From the NCBI GenBank assembly GCA_002269645.1, contig NIVC01000267.1, forward strand, positions 248,001 through 312,000: 64,000 nucleotides of DNA, read 5' to 3'. Below, in pieces: positions 63,237-64,000 of this stretch. How positions within the stretch are numbered: the stretch's first letter is position 1; the number at the start of each line of letters is the position of its first letter. A program made the translations under genes and the position numbers. This DNA comes from Macrostomum lignano. Taxonomy: Eukaryota. The notes under the pieces were generated by a model that was given only the letters and a program-made list of their open reading frames with translations, did no database searches and was not told the origin of the DNA.

Positions 63237-63639
63237 TAAATAAATAACTTTAGTATCATGCACTACAATGCATTAAAAATGATTTTATTAACTTGGCGCT
63301 TTGCATTTTTATGTACTTTAATAACCAATTTTCTACATTTATAATCTATAGTTATCTCCCGGTTATAATAATATTATAGGTCAGGTATTTTTGTTAATTA
63401 ACCTTTTTCTACTACTGTTAATGATTTACATTTACAAAGCATTTGTTTAATATCAGCTTGACTTCAATTTATTAAAATTTTGAAATTTCACGACGCTTTT
63501 GTATGCGCAACTTTTTCACTGGTGCTGCATTCCTGGATTTCAGGCAGTTTTGAACCGTTTTATTTGTGAAGCGTCACTTGGGCATCATCCCCTGTGCTGG
63601 CTGCTTTCTGACTGACTGATTTGTGTTGTCCTCTCCTCT

Positions 63640-64000
63640 GACTCTCCCCTGACTTATCCCCTGACTCTCCCCTGACTTATCTCCTGACTCTCCCCTGACT
63701 CTCTGACTTATCCCCTGACTCTCCCCTTACTCTCCCCTGACTCTTCTCTCCCTGACTCTCCCCTGACTTATCCCCTGACTCTCCCCTTACTCTCCCCTGA
63801 CTCTTCTCTCCCTGACTCTCCCCTGACTTATCCCCTGACTCTCCCCTAACTTATCCCCTGACTTATCCCCTGACTCTTCTCTCCCTGACTCTCCCCTGAC
63901 TTATCCCCTGACTCTCCCCTGACTTATCCCCTGACTCTCCCCTTACTCTCCCCTGACTCTTCTCTCCCTGACTCTCCCCTGACTTATCCCCTGACTCTCC
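63640..64000. repeat. 11/12-mer CCCCTGACTCT / CCCCTGACTTAT array, truncated by the window end
   Basis: Read directly. Confidence 0.9.

Overview
Eukaryotic (animal) genomic DNA with GC-rich spliced exons and introns packed with minisatellites. The composition resembles the free-living flatworm Macrostomum, but this is inference and is not verified. I reconstructed six spliced genes by hand using splice consensus and reading-frame phase: Six1/2 (+, 2 exons), APCDD1-like (-, 5 exons), a type II membrane FkbM-family methyltransferase (+, 3 exons), a small orphan gene (-, 2 exons), glutaminyl-tRNA synthetase QARS (+, 6 exons), and a Cid1/TUT-like nucleotidyltransferase-fold protein (+, 4 exons) that has lost two of its three catalytic aspartates. 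Nearly all long ORFs in the supplied track are repeat artefacts. Mobile DNA comprises two hAT MITEs with 8-bp TSDs, a decayed mariner, a LINE RT remnant and tRNA-headed SINEs. Most notable observations: (1) the pseudo-TUTase lies just downstream of QARS in a possible trans-spliced operon; (2) 13 of 16 introns carry their own unrelated minisatellite; (3) a CpG-depleted transposon-rich block whose mariner TIRs record CpG decay plus apparent CpA->TpA (RIP-like) transitions; (4) a 19-bp array amplified from the Six1/2 stop codon itself. No CRISPR, rRNA or bona fide tRNA genes were seen.
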